Positions 30,589-40,208 are shown, counted from the first letter of the stretch. The stretch is 64,000 nt of DNA from an uncultured Gemmatimonadales bacterium (GCA_963701965.1 OY969695.1:4128001-4192000); one strand, 5' to 3'. Made by a program: numbers and translations. The notes: generated by a model not told the origin, from the letters alone.

Positions 30589-31353
30589 TTGTTGGAGGGA
30601 CAGGTCGCCTTGATCACGGGCGGCGCGACGGGCATCGGCTACGGGGTCGCCGAGCTCCTCGCATCGCTGGGCGCGCACACGGTGCTCGCCAGCCGCAAGA
30701 AGGAACGACTCGATCCCGCCGTCGAGGGACTCCGCGCTGCCGGTGGATCGGCGAGCGCCGAGGCGTTGGACGTGCGGGACCCGGAAGCGGTGAAGACGGT
30801 CGTCGCGCGCGTCGCCGCCGAGCATGGCCGCATCGATCTCTTGGTGAACAACGCCGCGGGCAACTTCTACGCGGCGTCGGAGACGCTGAGCCCCAACGCG
30901 TGGCGCTCCGTCATCGAGATCGATCTCTTCGGGACATTCTACTGCTCACAGGCTGTCGCGCCGGTGATGCGACAGGCGGGCGGTGGCCGCATCGTGAATA
31001 TCTCGATGACGCTGCACTATCGCGGGTGGCCGCAAATGGCGCACGCCACGGCCGCCAAGGCCGGCGTCGATGCCCTGACGCGGACGCTGGCCGTCGAATG
31101 GGCGCCCGCGGGCATTCGCGTGAACGCGATCGCGCCTGGTCCGATTCCCACGGAGGGCGTACGCAAGGCGTTCGCCACGGGCGAAAGCATCGAGCGGCTG
31201 GCCAGCACCATTCCTTTGGGCCGATGGGGTTCTCCGGCCGATATCGCGAACATGGTGGCGTTTCTTGCATCGTCGGCGGGGGAGTGGATCACGGGCGCGA
31301 TCCTCGTCGTCGACGGTGGCGAATGGTTGTCACGCCCGATGCGCCAACTGTGA
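30589..31353 (+). CDS. Short-chain dehydrogenase/reductase, 2,4-dienoyl-CoA reductase-like
   Basis: ITGGATGIG, NNAAGNF, LSPNAW, HATAAKAG, VVDGG. Confidence 0.88.
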   Translation: MLEGQVALITGGATGIGYGVAELLASLGAHTVLASRKKERLDPAVEGLRAAGGSASAEALDVRDPEAVKTVVARVAAEHGRIDLLVNNAAGNFYAASETLSPNAWRSVIEIDLFGTFYCSQAVAPVMRQAGGGRIVNISMTLHYRGWPQMAHATAAKAGVDALTRTLAVEWAPAGIRVNAIAPGPIPTEGVRKAFATGESIERLASTIPLGRWGSPADIANMVAFLASSAGEWITGAILVVDGGEWLSRPMRQL

Positions 31354-31472
31354 TATAAGTCACAAAGTTAGGCGCTTGACGCGTCGGTACATTTCTCGCA
31401 TCGAGACTTGAACAGAGGGCGTGGGCTACATTCGTTCGTTTCATTTCACCCCAAAGATTGGGGGGAGTCTGC

Positions 31473-32150
31473 ATGAGAATGTCGTCGAAGCATGTCGCGT
31501 CGGTCGCGCTGGTCGTGCCTTTCTTGGGCGCCTGCGTGCATCCAGGGCAGTACAAGAAGGATCTCGCTGAAACACGGGCGCAGATCACGCAGCAGGTCGG
31601 CCAGGAGAAGTCCGAGCGCATGGCCGCGGACAGCGCGTTGCAGGGGGACATCGGGTCGGTGAAGAATGATGTCCAGAGCCTGCGGAGCGATTTGGCGGCG
31701 CTCAAGACCGAGTATGGCGCCAAGATCAGCGCCCTCGAGTCCGGAATGCAGTTCGCCTTCCCGGTGAACTTTGCGTTCGACAATGCGACGGTCAAAGATG
31801 ATGACAAGGCGGCGCTCGACAAATTCGCCGCGGTCGCGCAGAAGTATTACGGCGGGTCGAAGATCACCATCGAGGGGTTCTCGGACCCGGCAGGTACGAA
31901 GCAGTACAATCTGGCGCTCTCGCAGCGTCGGGCCGACGCGGTTCGGGACTATCTGGCGACCAAGGGCATCGACCTGTCGGTCATTAAGACGGTCGGCTAC
32001 GGCAAGGCGCGCTTGGTCAATCCCGCGGCTTCGCATGACCAGCCAGGTGCCGAGCTGAACCGGCGCGTGGTGTTCGTGATCGAGACCAAGGGTGAGCAGA
32101 CGCCGGACAACGCCAAGACCACCGCCATGATCTCGGCGGCTGGCCAGTAA
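31473..32150 (+). CDS. OmpA/Pal-family lipoprotein with coiled-coil
   Basis: Lipobox FLGAC; VNFAFD, IEGFSD, YNLALSQRRA, GYGK, NRRV. Confidence 0.9.
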   Translation: MRMSSKHVASVALVVPFLGACVHPGQYKKDLAETRAQITQQVGQEKSERMAADSALQGDIGSVKNDVQSLRSDLAALKTEYGAKISALESGMQFAFPVNFAFDNATVKDDDKAALDKFAAVAQKYYGGSKITIEGFSDPAGTKQYNLALSQRRADAVRDYLATKGIDLSVIKTVGYGKARLVNPAASHDQPGAELNRRVVFVIETKGEQTPDNAKTTAMISAAGQ

Positions 32151-32175
32151 CGCTGGGCGATAAAAACTGGGTCGT

Positions 32176-32556
32176 TCAGCCCGTCACATCGTAGGCCTGA
32201 ACGACCCAGCGTACGACGCTGCTCCGCAAATGGGTGCGCTCCACCGACGGTAGTTCCGACTTGGTGGCTTGGCTGACTACCGTGGCGAGCTCGTGCACGG
32301 CGGCAGCGCGGCTCACACCCTCCCGCCTCAACTGTTGGACGTAGGTGCCGACCGCCGCACGGAGCACGCGCTCCGCGGCCAGTCGCTCCGCGCTCATGAG
32401 CCGATACTCGGCGAGCGTCGCGAGGTACTCGGCGGACGAGCGCTGAAAGCCAAAGGCCTGCGCGACGGAGCGCGCCGCGGCCGCCTCGTACCACACGATC
32501 GCCTGCAGGGCGCGCTCAACATGTTCGCGGGGATGCACCTCACCGCTCGAGCGCAT
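32176..32556 (-). CDS. Hypothetical helical protein
   Basis: 126-aa ORF convergent with ompA; protein-like composition; no recognised motif. Confidence 0.55.
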   Translation of the reverse strand: MRSSGEVHPREHVERALQAIVWYEAAAARSVAQAFGFQRSSAEYLATLAEYRLMSAERLAAERVLRAAVGTYVQQLRREGVSRAAAVHELATVVSQATKSELPSVERTHLRSSVVRWVVQAYDVTG

Positions 32557-32624
32557 CCCCCGAAAACTAGCGAGGCCGGATCGCGTGACAAAGCGATCCG
32601 GCCCGCGTGCGTGTCAGTCAATGG

Positions 32625-34196
32625 CTACTGTCGACGTTGCGCGCTCCCCACCAGTCGCTCGAAGCTCCGCGCGACGTAGGGGTTCGCACCGAGGAATCCG
32701 AGCGCCACCGCGCCGGGCGCCCGCCCGTACACCATCGGCGCGCCCGATACATAGAAGCTCGACGCCGCGACCCGCGTGATGAACGCGCTCGTGCCCGGAC
32801 CGACCGCGAAGAAGTTGGAGATGAGTCCGAGGGCGTCACCGACCGCGATCTTGGGTTCCGCCGGCTCGGCCCGCTCGACTGGCTCCGGGATCGCATCCGC
32901 CGTCACGGCAGGTTCCGGCTCCGCCTCTGCTGCTGCTGCTGCTTCTTCTTCTTCTTCTTCTTCTTCTTCTTCCAGTGTTTCGGGGGTGGTCGCGAGCGTC
33001 ACCGCCTCCAGCATGAACGCTTCGCGCGTCGCCGCGTCGTGCATGAATTCCTCTTCCACGGCCGCGATCGCGATCTGCTCGTTGACGTCTGCTTCGTCCT
33101 CGCCGTCCTCATCGTCTTGCGCGTGCCAATCGTCGTTGACTTCGGCGTGCTCCCCGTTCTGTTGCGCCTCACCGTCGAACGAGAGCGCGTCCGCCCGCAC
33201 GCGGAGCGTATCCGACCATACTTCGCGGTCGGCCACGGGCTGTTTCACGCCGACATCGACGGAGCCGCCGCACAGCGCCGCCGCGAACCCGTCGACCGAG
33301 TCGGCGTCCGCGCCCAGCAGAATGCCAATGGACAGTCCGCCCTCGGTGGCGCCATTGAGCACGCCGCCGACCGCCTCGGTCGTGACGCCATTCTCATCCT
33401 GGCCGCCGATCACGCTGGCGCTGCCACTCGCGGCCAGTCCGACAATGGCTCCGGCATGAACAAGCGCATCGCGGCACGTGTCGCGCGCGTCATCGGCGGC
33501 GTCGGTGTCGGCGTGCGTGCCAAGCGCGGCAATGGCCGAGCCCAACTCGGGGCCGCGGGAGAGGATGCCGCTGCCACCGGCGTTCACGCCCAGACCGCCC
33601 AGTTGCTGCGATGGCAGCACCGTGAACGTGGTCGTCGCGACGTTATAGAAGAGGGACCACCCCAGGTCGCCGCCGGATACCTTGGGCGGGCCATACGCCG
33701 TCCACGCCGAGAGGCCGACGCGATAGAGGCTCGTGTGTCCGTGAAACGCCGCCGAATGCAGGAGCGTGAGATAGAGCGACTCGACGCCATCGAGCGTCCG
33801 GCTGAAGGCAATGTGCGCCAACAGAGTCCGGAACAACGCACTGTGCAGATCCGGATGCGCCGCGATGATCTGTCCCAGCGCCGCGGCGAGGGCGAGCCGG
33901 TATTCGTGGCTCGATCCGCTGGCATGCAGGCGCTGCAACCGCGCCCATCCCAAAGGCGCCGGATAGAACCACAGGATCCGCCGCGTGAACTGCACCGAGC
34001 CGCTTCCGGTGGCGAACTCGTACCACGGGCGCACCGACTCCCGCGCCGCCGCGCCGTTGCTGGCTTCGCGAGCCGCGCGCACCGCCGTGAGCACCTCGCG
34101 CTTCGCGGGAGCAGGCAGAGCGTCCTCGCGTACGAGTCGCTCGATTTCAGCCAATAAGCTCGATACCCGCTCCTGCGCGACCGCGGTGTGATGCAT
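32625..34196 (-). CDS. Hypothetical protein with Gly-rich hydrophobic segment and acidic low-complexity region
   Basis: 523-aa ORF, codirectional with neighbours; no recognised family. Confidence 0.6.
   Translation of the reverse strand: MHHTAVAQERVSSLLAEIERLVREDALPAPAKREVLTAVRAAREASNGAAARESVRPWYEFATGSGSVQFTRRILWFYPAPLGWARLQRLHASGSSHEYRLALAAALGQIIAAHPDLHSALFRTLLAHIAFSRTLDGVESLYLTLLHSAAFHGHTSLYRVGLSAWTAYGPPKVSGGDLGWSLFYNVATTTFTVLPSQQLGGLGVNAGGSGILSRGPELGSAIAALGTHADTDAADDARDTCRDALVHAGAIVGLAASGSASVIGGQDENGVTTEAVGGVLNGATEGGLSIGILLGADADSVDGFAAALCGGSVDVGVKQPVADREVWSDTLRVRADALSFDGEAQQNGEHAEVNDDWHAQDDEDGEDEADVNEQIAIAAVEEEFMHDAATREAFMLEAVTLATTPETLEEEEEEEEEEAAAAAEAEPEPAVTADAIPEPVERAEPAEPKIAVGDALGLISNFFAVGPGTSAFITRVAASSFYVSGAPMVYGRAPGAVALGFLGANPYVARSFERLVGSAQRRQ
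32928..32972. repeat. Compound trinucleotide microsatellite (TGC)5(TTC)10
   Basis: Read directly; encodes E10A5 on the minus strand. Confidence 0.95.
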
Positions 34197-34306
34197 GCCG
34201 GCGTCTCCGTATGAGGATCGATTGGGGAGGCGAACGCCGGTGAACGTAATCGCTCCGCCGCCTTCTTCCCACGTCGAGATCGGAGAGTTGCCCTGGCGTT
34301 ACCCGG

Positions 34307-37072
34307 TCACGGCGCCGTCACGGCATGCGGCGCCGCGCGATTCACCAGAGTATCGAGCACGTCGGCTTCCAACGGCCGCGCAAACAAGTAGCCCTGCGCC
34401 AGGTCGCACCCGAACGCCAGGAGCTCGTCGCGCTGCTGCACGGATTCGACGCCTTCCGCTACGGTGCGCAGGTGCAACATGTCGCCGAGCGCGATGATCG
34501 TGCGCGCCAACGCGGCGTCCGTGCCGCCGCGACCGACGCCGTCGATGAACGTCTTGTCGAGCTTGAGGATGTCGATAGGGAACCGCTGTAAGTACGACAG
34601 CGACGAGTAGCCCGTGCCAAAATCGTCGATCGCCAGCCGCACCCCGATGGCTTTCAGGGCCCGCAACTTCCGGAGGGTCGCCTCGGTATCCTGCATGATC
34701 ACGCTCTCCGTGATCTCGAGAACCAGGCGTTCCGGGGCCAAGCCCAATGCGTCGAGCGCCGCCACGACGTCATCGGCCAGAGTGGCCGACTGGAGCTGCC
34801 GACCCGAGATATTCACACTGATGGTGAGGGGCTCCGAGCCGTCCGACGAGGGGACGAACCGCGCGCCGCGGCGGCAGGCCTCCATCAGGATCCATCGGCC
34901 CAAGGGCACGATGATCCCGGATTCTTCGGCCAGCGGGATGAAATCGCTGGGCGGCACGGGTCCGCGCTGGGCGTGCGTCCATCGGGCCAACGCTTCGACG
35001 CCGACGCAGCGGCTGGTCGCCAGCTCAATGATCGGCTGGTAGACCAGCCGGATCTCGTGGCGGTCGGCGGCCTGGCGAAGATCGGCCTCCAGCTCCAGCC
35101 GATCGAGCAGCGCCGCGTGCATCTCGGGCGCGAACACCGCGTGCGAGCCGCCGCCCCGGGCCTTGGCCCGGTACATGGCCACGTCGGCGTTCCGGAGCAG
35201 TTCGTCGGCGCGGGAGGCCGATCCGCCGCGGGCAATGCCGATGCTCGCCGAGATCAATACGTCTTTGCCATCGAGCGAGACCGGCGCCTGCATGGCCGCT
35301 TCGGCGCGCTCGACGACCTGCAGGGCCTCGGCGTCATCGTGGACGGCCTCCAGCAGGATCGCGAACTCATCGCCGCCCAACCGGGCCACGGTGTCGTGTC
35401 CCCGCGTGGCGGCCATAAGGCGGCCGGCGACGGCGCACAGCAGGCGGTCGCCCGCGGCGTGTCCCAAGCCGTCGTTGATCGACTTGAAGTTGTCGAGGTC
35501 GAGGAAGAGCACGGCGACGCCGGCGGCGTGGCGCTCGGTGCGCGTCAGCGCGTGCTCGACGCGGTCGCGAAAGAGCGCGCGATTGGCCAGGCCGGTGAGT
35601 GCGTCGTGAAAGGCCTGGTGCGTGAGTTGGGCCTCCAGCCGCTTGCGTTCCGACACATCGCGGAACGCGATCACCGCGCCAACCACGCCGGCATTTTCGC
35701 GGATCGGCGTGCTTTCGTAGGCGACGTAGAACGTCGTGCCGTCGGCGCGGCGAAAGGCGTCGTCGTCGACGCGGTGCACGGCGCCGTCGCGCAGCGCCGT
35801 CTCGATGGGGCAATGGCCGCCGCTGTGGCGCGGGCCGACGCCATCGACCGGGTGCACGATGGGATGCAAGGCCTGGCCGAGCAGGGCCTTGGGGTCGTAG
35901 CCCAGCATGCGAGCCGCGGCGCGGTTGGCGAACATCGCCCGGCCGGCCAGGTCGAGGCCGACAATGCCCTCGCCGACCGAGTCGAGAATCAGCTCGTTGG
36001 CGCGCGCCAGGTGGGCGATGCGGGCCGCGGCGCGCCGGCGCTTCCCCGAGTCCACCACGGTCGCCGCGATGAGCACGGCGAGCACCGCGGTCGCGGCGGC
36101 CACCAGCGCGGCTTCGGCGCGGAATCGGGCCACGGCGCCGGCGACGGCTTCCTCCTGGTCGATGGCGCGCACCACGCCCCAATCGGCGCCGGCCACGTGG
36201 CTCGTGGCGGCCACAATGGCGGTGCCGCGGACATCGCGAAAGACACCGGTCGTGTCCACGCCGCGCGCGGCGACGCGCCAGATCTCGGGGACGTTCGGCG
36301 TCGACAGGGTCAGGCCAAAGGGCTCGGATGGGGGATAGGCCGTCGGGCTCAGCACCCGGTACACGGTCGTGTCGGTCGCGTCCCGGCCCACGAGTTTCGT
36401 GCGCGCGGTGCGCGTCCCGCCGGTCTCGCGCATCACGAAGGGAAACAGCGTGCGGCCGGGGTCGACGGCGACGATCGTCGACCACGCGGTGCCGGATACC
36501 GGCATCACGAGCGACAGCCGGGCGTCGCCGGTGGGCAAGAGCTCGGGGCCGACGATCCGTTCGCGCCGCGCGTGCGGCATCGCCAGCGTGGCGCGACGCT
36601 CGGCGTCCGTCAGTGTGTCGGAACCATCCGCGGCGGCGACGATCTGACCCGTGCCGTCCACGGCCCACACCGACAGATAGCTGTGCCGGCGACGAAGAGT
36701 CGTGAGGGCCCACACGAGCGCGCTGTGGGCGGCGGTGTGCGCCACGGCGTGGTCCGGCGCCCGAAGGGATGCACCCTCCAGCACCGCGTACGCCGAGACA
36801 TAGCCCAATGCTTCCCGCGCGTCGATCCGGCGTTCATCGAGCCAGCCGTCCAGGACCGAGGACGTCAGCTCGGCGTTGGACGAGAGCTGTTGCTCCCACT
36901 GCGCCAGCGAGATGGCGCGGAGGTGGGCAAGGCGGGCGCGGGAAATGGCGTCAGTCGCGGCAATGGCCGCCGCGGTCGCGGTGATGGCGACGAGAGTCCA
37001 GAGCGTGCGCTTGAGCACCGGAGCGGAGCGCGGTAACGCGAGCGGTGCCGGAAGGCCGTCGTCTGGTGACAT
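34307..37072 (-). CDS. Membrane-bound PAS-GGDEF-EAL diguanylate cyclase/phosphodiesterase
   Basis: Two TM segments flanking a sensor domain, PAS, RLGGDEF, EALARW, DDFGTGYSSL, AEGVE, QGYLF. Confidence 0.95.
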   Translation of the reverse strand: MSPDDGLPAPLALPRSAPVLKRTLWTLVAITATAAAIAATDAISRARLAHLRAISLAQWEQQLSSNAELTSSVLDGWLDERRIDAREALGYVSAYAVLEGASLRAPDHAVAHTAAHSALVWALTTLRRRHSYLSVWAVDGTGQIVAAADGSDTLTDAERRATLAMPHARRERIVGPELLPTGDARLSLVMPVSGTAWSTIVAVDPGRTLFPFVMRETGGTRTARTKLVGRDATDTTVYRVLSPTAYPPSEPFGLTLSTPNVPEIWRVAARGVDTTGVFRDVRGTAIVAATSHVAGADWGVVRAIDQEEAVAGAVARFRAEAALVAAATAVLAVLIAATVVDSGKRRRAAARIAHLARANELILDSVGEGIVGLDLAGRAMFANRAAARMLGYDPKALLGQALHPIVHPVDGVGPRHSGGHCPIETALRDGAVHRVDDDAFRRADGTTFYVAYESTPIRENAGVVGAVIAFRDVSERKRLEAQLTHQAFHDALTGLANRALFRDRVEHALTRTERHAAGVAVLFLDLDNFKSINDGLGHAAGDRLLCAVAGRLMAATRGHDTVARLGGDEFAILLEAVHDDAEALQVVERAEAAMQAPVSLDGKDVLISASIGIARGGSASRADELLRNADVAMYRAKARGGGSHAVFAPEMHAALLDRLELEADLRQAADRHEIRLVYQPIIELATSRCVGVEALARWTHAQRGPVPPSDFIPLAEESGIIVPLGRWILMEACRRGARFVPSSDGSEPLTISVNISGRQLQSATLADDVVAALDALGLAPERLVLEITESVIMQDTEATLRKLRALKAIGVRLAIDDFGTGYSSLSYLQRFPIDILKLDKTFIDGVGRGGTDAALARTIIALGDMLHLRTVAEGVESVQQRDELLAFGCDLAQGYLFARPLEADVLDTLVNRAAPHAVTAP

Positions 37073-37148
37073 GCGGGTAGTGAGAGGAGCGTCTCTCCTC
37101 GTTCAGACGATCGGTCGGGCCCCGAGGCCACGGCCGCTCCGGGCGTTT

Positions 37149-38414
37149 TTATCGCTCGGGCGCGGGCGGGGGCGTCGGGTGGGAGAACTGGTGTGACGCG
37201 GTCGGATGGCTGTCAGTGCCGTCCGTGCGCACGATCGGAGCAATGGAGCCCGGGCCGACCGGGCGAGCCACCGCGGAGTCGAGGACCGTGGGTTTCTCGA
37301 TGACCGCGGAGGGTGTGGGTGCCACTGCCGGCGTCACGGAATCGGCCGCCGCTGACGTCGGAACGATGTCGGTCCCGGTGTCCGGCGGCGGCGTCGTGTC
37401 GATCGGTGTCGTGTCCACCGGGGCGACCGCGCGCGCCGGCGCCGGCACGCGAGCCTCGCGCACCTCCGGCTTGCCCCAATGCCGGGCGGCCACGACGATC
37501 GCCATCACCAGGACCGCCGCGACGCCCAATGCGATCGCCAGCGCGCGGCGCGGATACCGCCGCCATAGTGGCTTCTGGTCGGCCGCTCGCCCGCGCCCCG
37601 GCGCGCTCGCGGCGCGCGGCTCTCCCATGGGCACCGACGCGGGTACCGCGGCGCCCTCGGGGATGTACAAGTCCAAGCCGTGCGCCGGCGTCAGCATCAT
37701 CGGTGGCGCAATGCGCACCTGGCCGACAACCGGCACCTCGCTGACGGGCGCCGGCGGTGCGGGCGCCGCTGGCAAAGGCGCCGCTGGTGTCGGCCCACGC
37801 ATAGACGGTGGCTCGTGCCACTGTGGCGCACGTGGTCTCTCGGTGAGGGCCGGCGCCGCGGGCGCCGCCACATCGGGTTTATCCTCCAGCGCGGCAAACG
37901 CGCGCGAGAGCACGTCGTCAATGTCGCCGACGGCCGGCTCGGCCGGCGGTTCCGGCGCCGGCTGCACCGCTCCCGCCTCGACAGCGTCGCGGATGTTCTC
38001 CCACAGCGCGGTGTCCGCGCTGCCAAGCGGCGCGGGCTCCTCGGCAACCGGCGCATCGCCGGGCGGCGTATCGCCAGCCAGCGATGCGATAATCGGCGCC
38101 CGCGCGCGCTCGAGCTCTTCGTCGGACGGATCCCGCCCGTAGAGAAACGCTTCGAGCACAGCCGGAAACGCCACGCACTGCCCGGTGTCATAGAGCCGGG
38201 CATGCCAATCGTCGTGGACGCGCTCGTCGGCGCCGTCCCTCAGCGCCGCGTAATAATCGAGATATTCGCCGAGCGCATCGCGCCCGAACGAATACAGCAC
38301 ACTCCAGCCGTTCGCGCGCAGTTGCCCACTGCGCCGGTCGGCCAGATCAGCCTCCGGTATGCGCAGCGACCACGGCGCGAACTCGCGCTTGAACGCTTCC
38401 GCCGCCGTCTCCAT
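37149..38414 (-). CDS. Hypothetical bitopic membrane protein, Pro/Ala-rich
   Basis: Globular N-terminal ~100 aa, long Pro-rich linker, one TM (ALAIALGVAAVLVMAIVVAA), Pro/Thr-rich tail. Confidence 0.65.
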   Translation of the reverse strand: METAAEAFKREFAPWSLRIPEADLADRRSGQLRANGWSVLYSFGRDALGEYLDYYAALRDGADERVHDDWHARLYDTGQCVAFPAVLEAFLYGRDPSDEELERARAPIIASLAGDTPPGDAPVAEEPAPLGSADTALWENIRDAVEAGAVQPAPEPPAEPAVGDIDDVLSRAFAALEDKPDVAAPAAPALTERPRAPQWHEPPSMRGPTPAAPLPAAPAPPAPVSEVPVVGQVRIAPPMMLTPAHGLDLYIPEGAAVPASVPMGEPRAASAPGRGRAADQKPLWRRYPRRALAIALGVAAVLVMAIVVAARHWGKPEVREARVPAPARAVAPVDTTPIDTTPPPDTGTDIVPTSAAADSVTPAVAPTPSAVIEKPTVLDSAVARPVGPGSIAPIVRTDGTDSHPTASHQFSHPTPPPAPER

Positions 38415-38482
38415 GGATACTCAAAAGACGATCCAGCGCGACACTGGTCTCCCCGCCGTGGGGGCGGTAGTTTTGCCAGGAC

Positions 38483-38807
38483 GACCCGGTAGCTCAGTTG
38501 GTAGAGCAACGGACTTGAACGCCAATGAGAGCACCGCGTCAGAAATGGCGCGCGTGAATCCCGTCAAAGTCGGGGAACGCTTGCACCATGCCAACCCCGA
38601 GCCAAGCCGCCCGTCTCCGCGAGCGGAAGGTGTAGAGACTGGACGGCGGGTGCCTGACCACCGCGAGCCTCTTGTGGCTCCGGTGAAGGCAAAGGGACAG
38701 TCCAGACCACGAACCGCGCCCCGGGGTGATCCCTGGCGGGCGCGGGCGGCGAAAGCCGAAGTGGTACGTTAATCCGTAGGTCGCGGGTTCGAAGCCCGCC
38801 CGGGTCA
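38483..38807 (+). tRNA. tRNA-Lys(UUU), split by a group I intron (exons 38483-38516 and 38769-38807)
   Basis: Acceptor GACCCGG/CCGGGTC with A73; D arm GCTC-AGTTGGTA-GAGC; anticodon stem ACGGA/TCCGT with joined loop CTT|TTAA; T arm GCGGG-TTCGAAG-CCCGC; CCA not encoded. Confidence 0.92.
38517..38768 (+). ncRNA. Group I intron (IC3-like), 252 nt, no homing endonuclease
   Basis: Follows U, ends in G; core elements CAAAGTCGGGGAA, CAACCCCGAGCCAAG, GAAGGTGTAGAGACTGGACGG, AAGGGACAGTCCA; P7 GACTG/CAGTC; P3 CCGTC/GACGG; GAAA tetraloops in P2 and P9. Confidence 0.93.
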
Positions 38808-38824
38808 CTCTAGCGCGACGACGA

Positions 38825-39238
38825 TCAGGGTTTCGAGGCAGTCGGTATCGAATCGGGATCCATTTCCCGGAACCCGATGATGTTCTCCAACAACCCCCAC
38901 TCCAGCAGTCCCGTCTCCGGCCCGCCCACGCGGAACGGTTGGGAGATCAGGGGGCGCTCCAGCTGCCGCTCCGCCACAAACCGGTACTCCTGGCTCAGCG
39001 TCACCGGTGTGAAGCGGAACGTCCGCGTCTCCGTTCCCGGCACGGTGCCCAGCATCTGACGGGTGCCGGACGTTTGGACGAGGAAGACGGTCACCTCGGT
39101 CGGTACCGAGAGGTTGTTCGTGATCTCGACCGCGACCGGATGGGGCTTATCGTCTTCGTTAGGTTTCTTTTTGAGCGATGCGCAGCCCAGCGCCGTCAGC
39201 ACGGTCGCTGCGATCGCCGCCGTCAGAAGTGTCCGCAT
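38825..39238 (-). CDS. Hypothetical lipoprotein
   Basis: Signal MRTLLTAAIAATVLTALGC with lipobox; beta-rich body. Confidence 0.7.
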   Translation of the reverse strand: MRTLLTAAIAATVLTALGCASLKKKPNEDDKPHPVAVEITNNLSVPTEVTVFLVQTSGTRQMLGTVPGTETRTFRFTPVTLSQEYRFVAERQLERPLISQPFRVGGPETGLLEWGLLENIIGFREMDPDSIPTASKP

Positions 39239-39291
39239 GGCACGAATCTCATGCACGTTCGCGGCCCGCGCCAGCACCAACTCCCTGGAAT

Positions 39292-40119
39292 ATGGAACAG
39301 ATCGTCTATCCGCCTGAAACATTGGAAGGGTGGTACACGCTACACCAAGTGTTTCGCATCAATGCTGCCGCGCTGCGCGCCCTTCCGCCCAGCGAACGCG
39401 CGTCGGTCAAAGCGAGCGCCGCGCGCGCGTTGGAAGACGTCGCATCGCCGTTGACCGAGGAGGGATGGAGCGCGATTGTCGAGGTCGCTGGGTCCGTCGC
39501 CGATCTGATGCTCGTGCACTTCCGCCCCACGCTCGCCGCTTTGCGCGCCGTGCAACGGCGTCTCGCCTGTGAGCCGCTCTTCGATCGCTTGATCCCGGTC
39601 TACTCGTTCCTGAGTGTCACCGAGGCTGGACTCTATCACCTGAGCGCCGCTGTGGCCGCGGAGCGCGCGCAAGCCGGTGGCGCCGTTGGCGACGCCGAGT
39701 ATCGCGCGGCCATCGATGCCCGGGCCGCCACGGAACGCGCCAGCGCCCACGTGCAACGGCGCCTCTATCCGCCGCTGCCCGCCGAGATGCACTTCGTCTG
39801 CTTCTATCCGATGTCCAAGCGGCGCGCCGAGGGACAGAACTGGTACGCGCTCAGTCTCGACGAGCGCAGTCGGCTGATGCAGGCCCACGGCGTCACGGGG
39901 CGCCGCTACGCGGGTCGCGTGCAACAAGTCATCACGGGCGCGATTGGCCTCGACGCGTGGGAATGGGGCGTCACGTTGTTCGCGCGCGATCCGCTCGACG
40001 TGAAGCGCCTGGTGACCGACATGCGCTTCGACGAAGTGAGTGCGCAGTACGCCGAGTTTGGCCCGTTTTTCGTCGGCGAACGCCTGAGCCCGGCCGCCTG
40101 GATCTCGACACTCTTCTAA
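39292..40119 (+). CDS. hemQ: Coproheme decarboxylase / chlorite dismutase-like heme protein
   Basis: PETLEGWYTLH, FVCFYPMSKRR, NWY, MQAHG..GRRY, GLDAWEWGVTLF, MRFDEVSA.YAEFGPF. Confidence 0.88.
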   Translation: MEQIVYPPETLEGWYTLHQVFRINAAALRALPPSERASVKASAARALEDVASPLTEEGWSAIVEVAGSVADLMLVHFRPTLAALRAVQRRLACEPLFDRLIPVYSFLSVTEAGLYHLSAAVAAERAQAGGAVGDAEYRAAIDARAATERASAHVQRRLYPPLPAEMHFVCFYPMSKRRAEGQNWYALSLDERSRLMQAHGVTGRRYAGRVQQVITGAIGLDAWEWGVTLFARDPLDVKRLVTDMRFDEVSAQYAEFGPFFVGERLSPAAWISTLF

Positions 40120-40140
40120 ACCCGGGCCGCAACAGCGCTC

Positions 40141-40208
40141 CGCCTATCAATCCATAGGCGCGTTCTATTTGCCTGGAGGGCATCCCCGAAACAATGATAG
40201 AAGTATCA
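40141..40208. promoter_or_regulatory. Two inverted repeats upstream of the LysR gene (candidate operator sites)
   Basis: CGCCTAT-N6-ATAGGCG (40141-40160) and TGATA-N4-TATCA (40195-40208) in an AT-richer intergenic stretch. Confidence 0.45.

Noticed and set aside
32607..34157. 516-aa plus-strand ORF with poly-Cys/poly-Phe
   Set aside because: Arg-rich antisense shadow of the minus-strand ORF; the homopolymers come from the microsatellite
34197..34306. c-di-GMP riboswitch beside the GGDEF-EAL gene
   Set aside because: No recognisable GEMM consensus could be identified by eye
38514..38772. Alternative reading as tRNA-Asn(GUU) with the intron after U33
   Set aside because: It would require the intron to end in C rather than the universal terminal G; A73 and the UGAGAG guide pairing fit Lys(UUU)
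38359..38808. ORF-track ORFs across the tRNA/intron (38359-38772 +, 38539-38808 -) as a homing endonuclease
   Set aside because: They overlap tRNA exons and the ribozyme core, and show no LAGLIDADG, HNH or GIY-YIG motif
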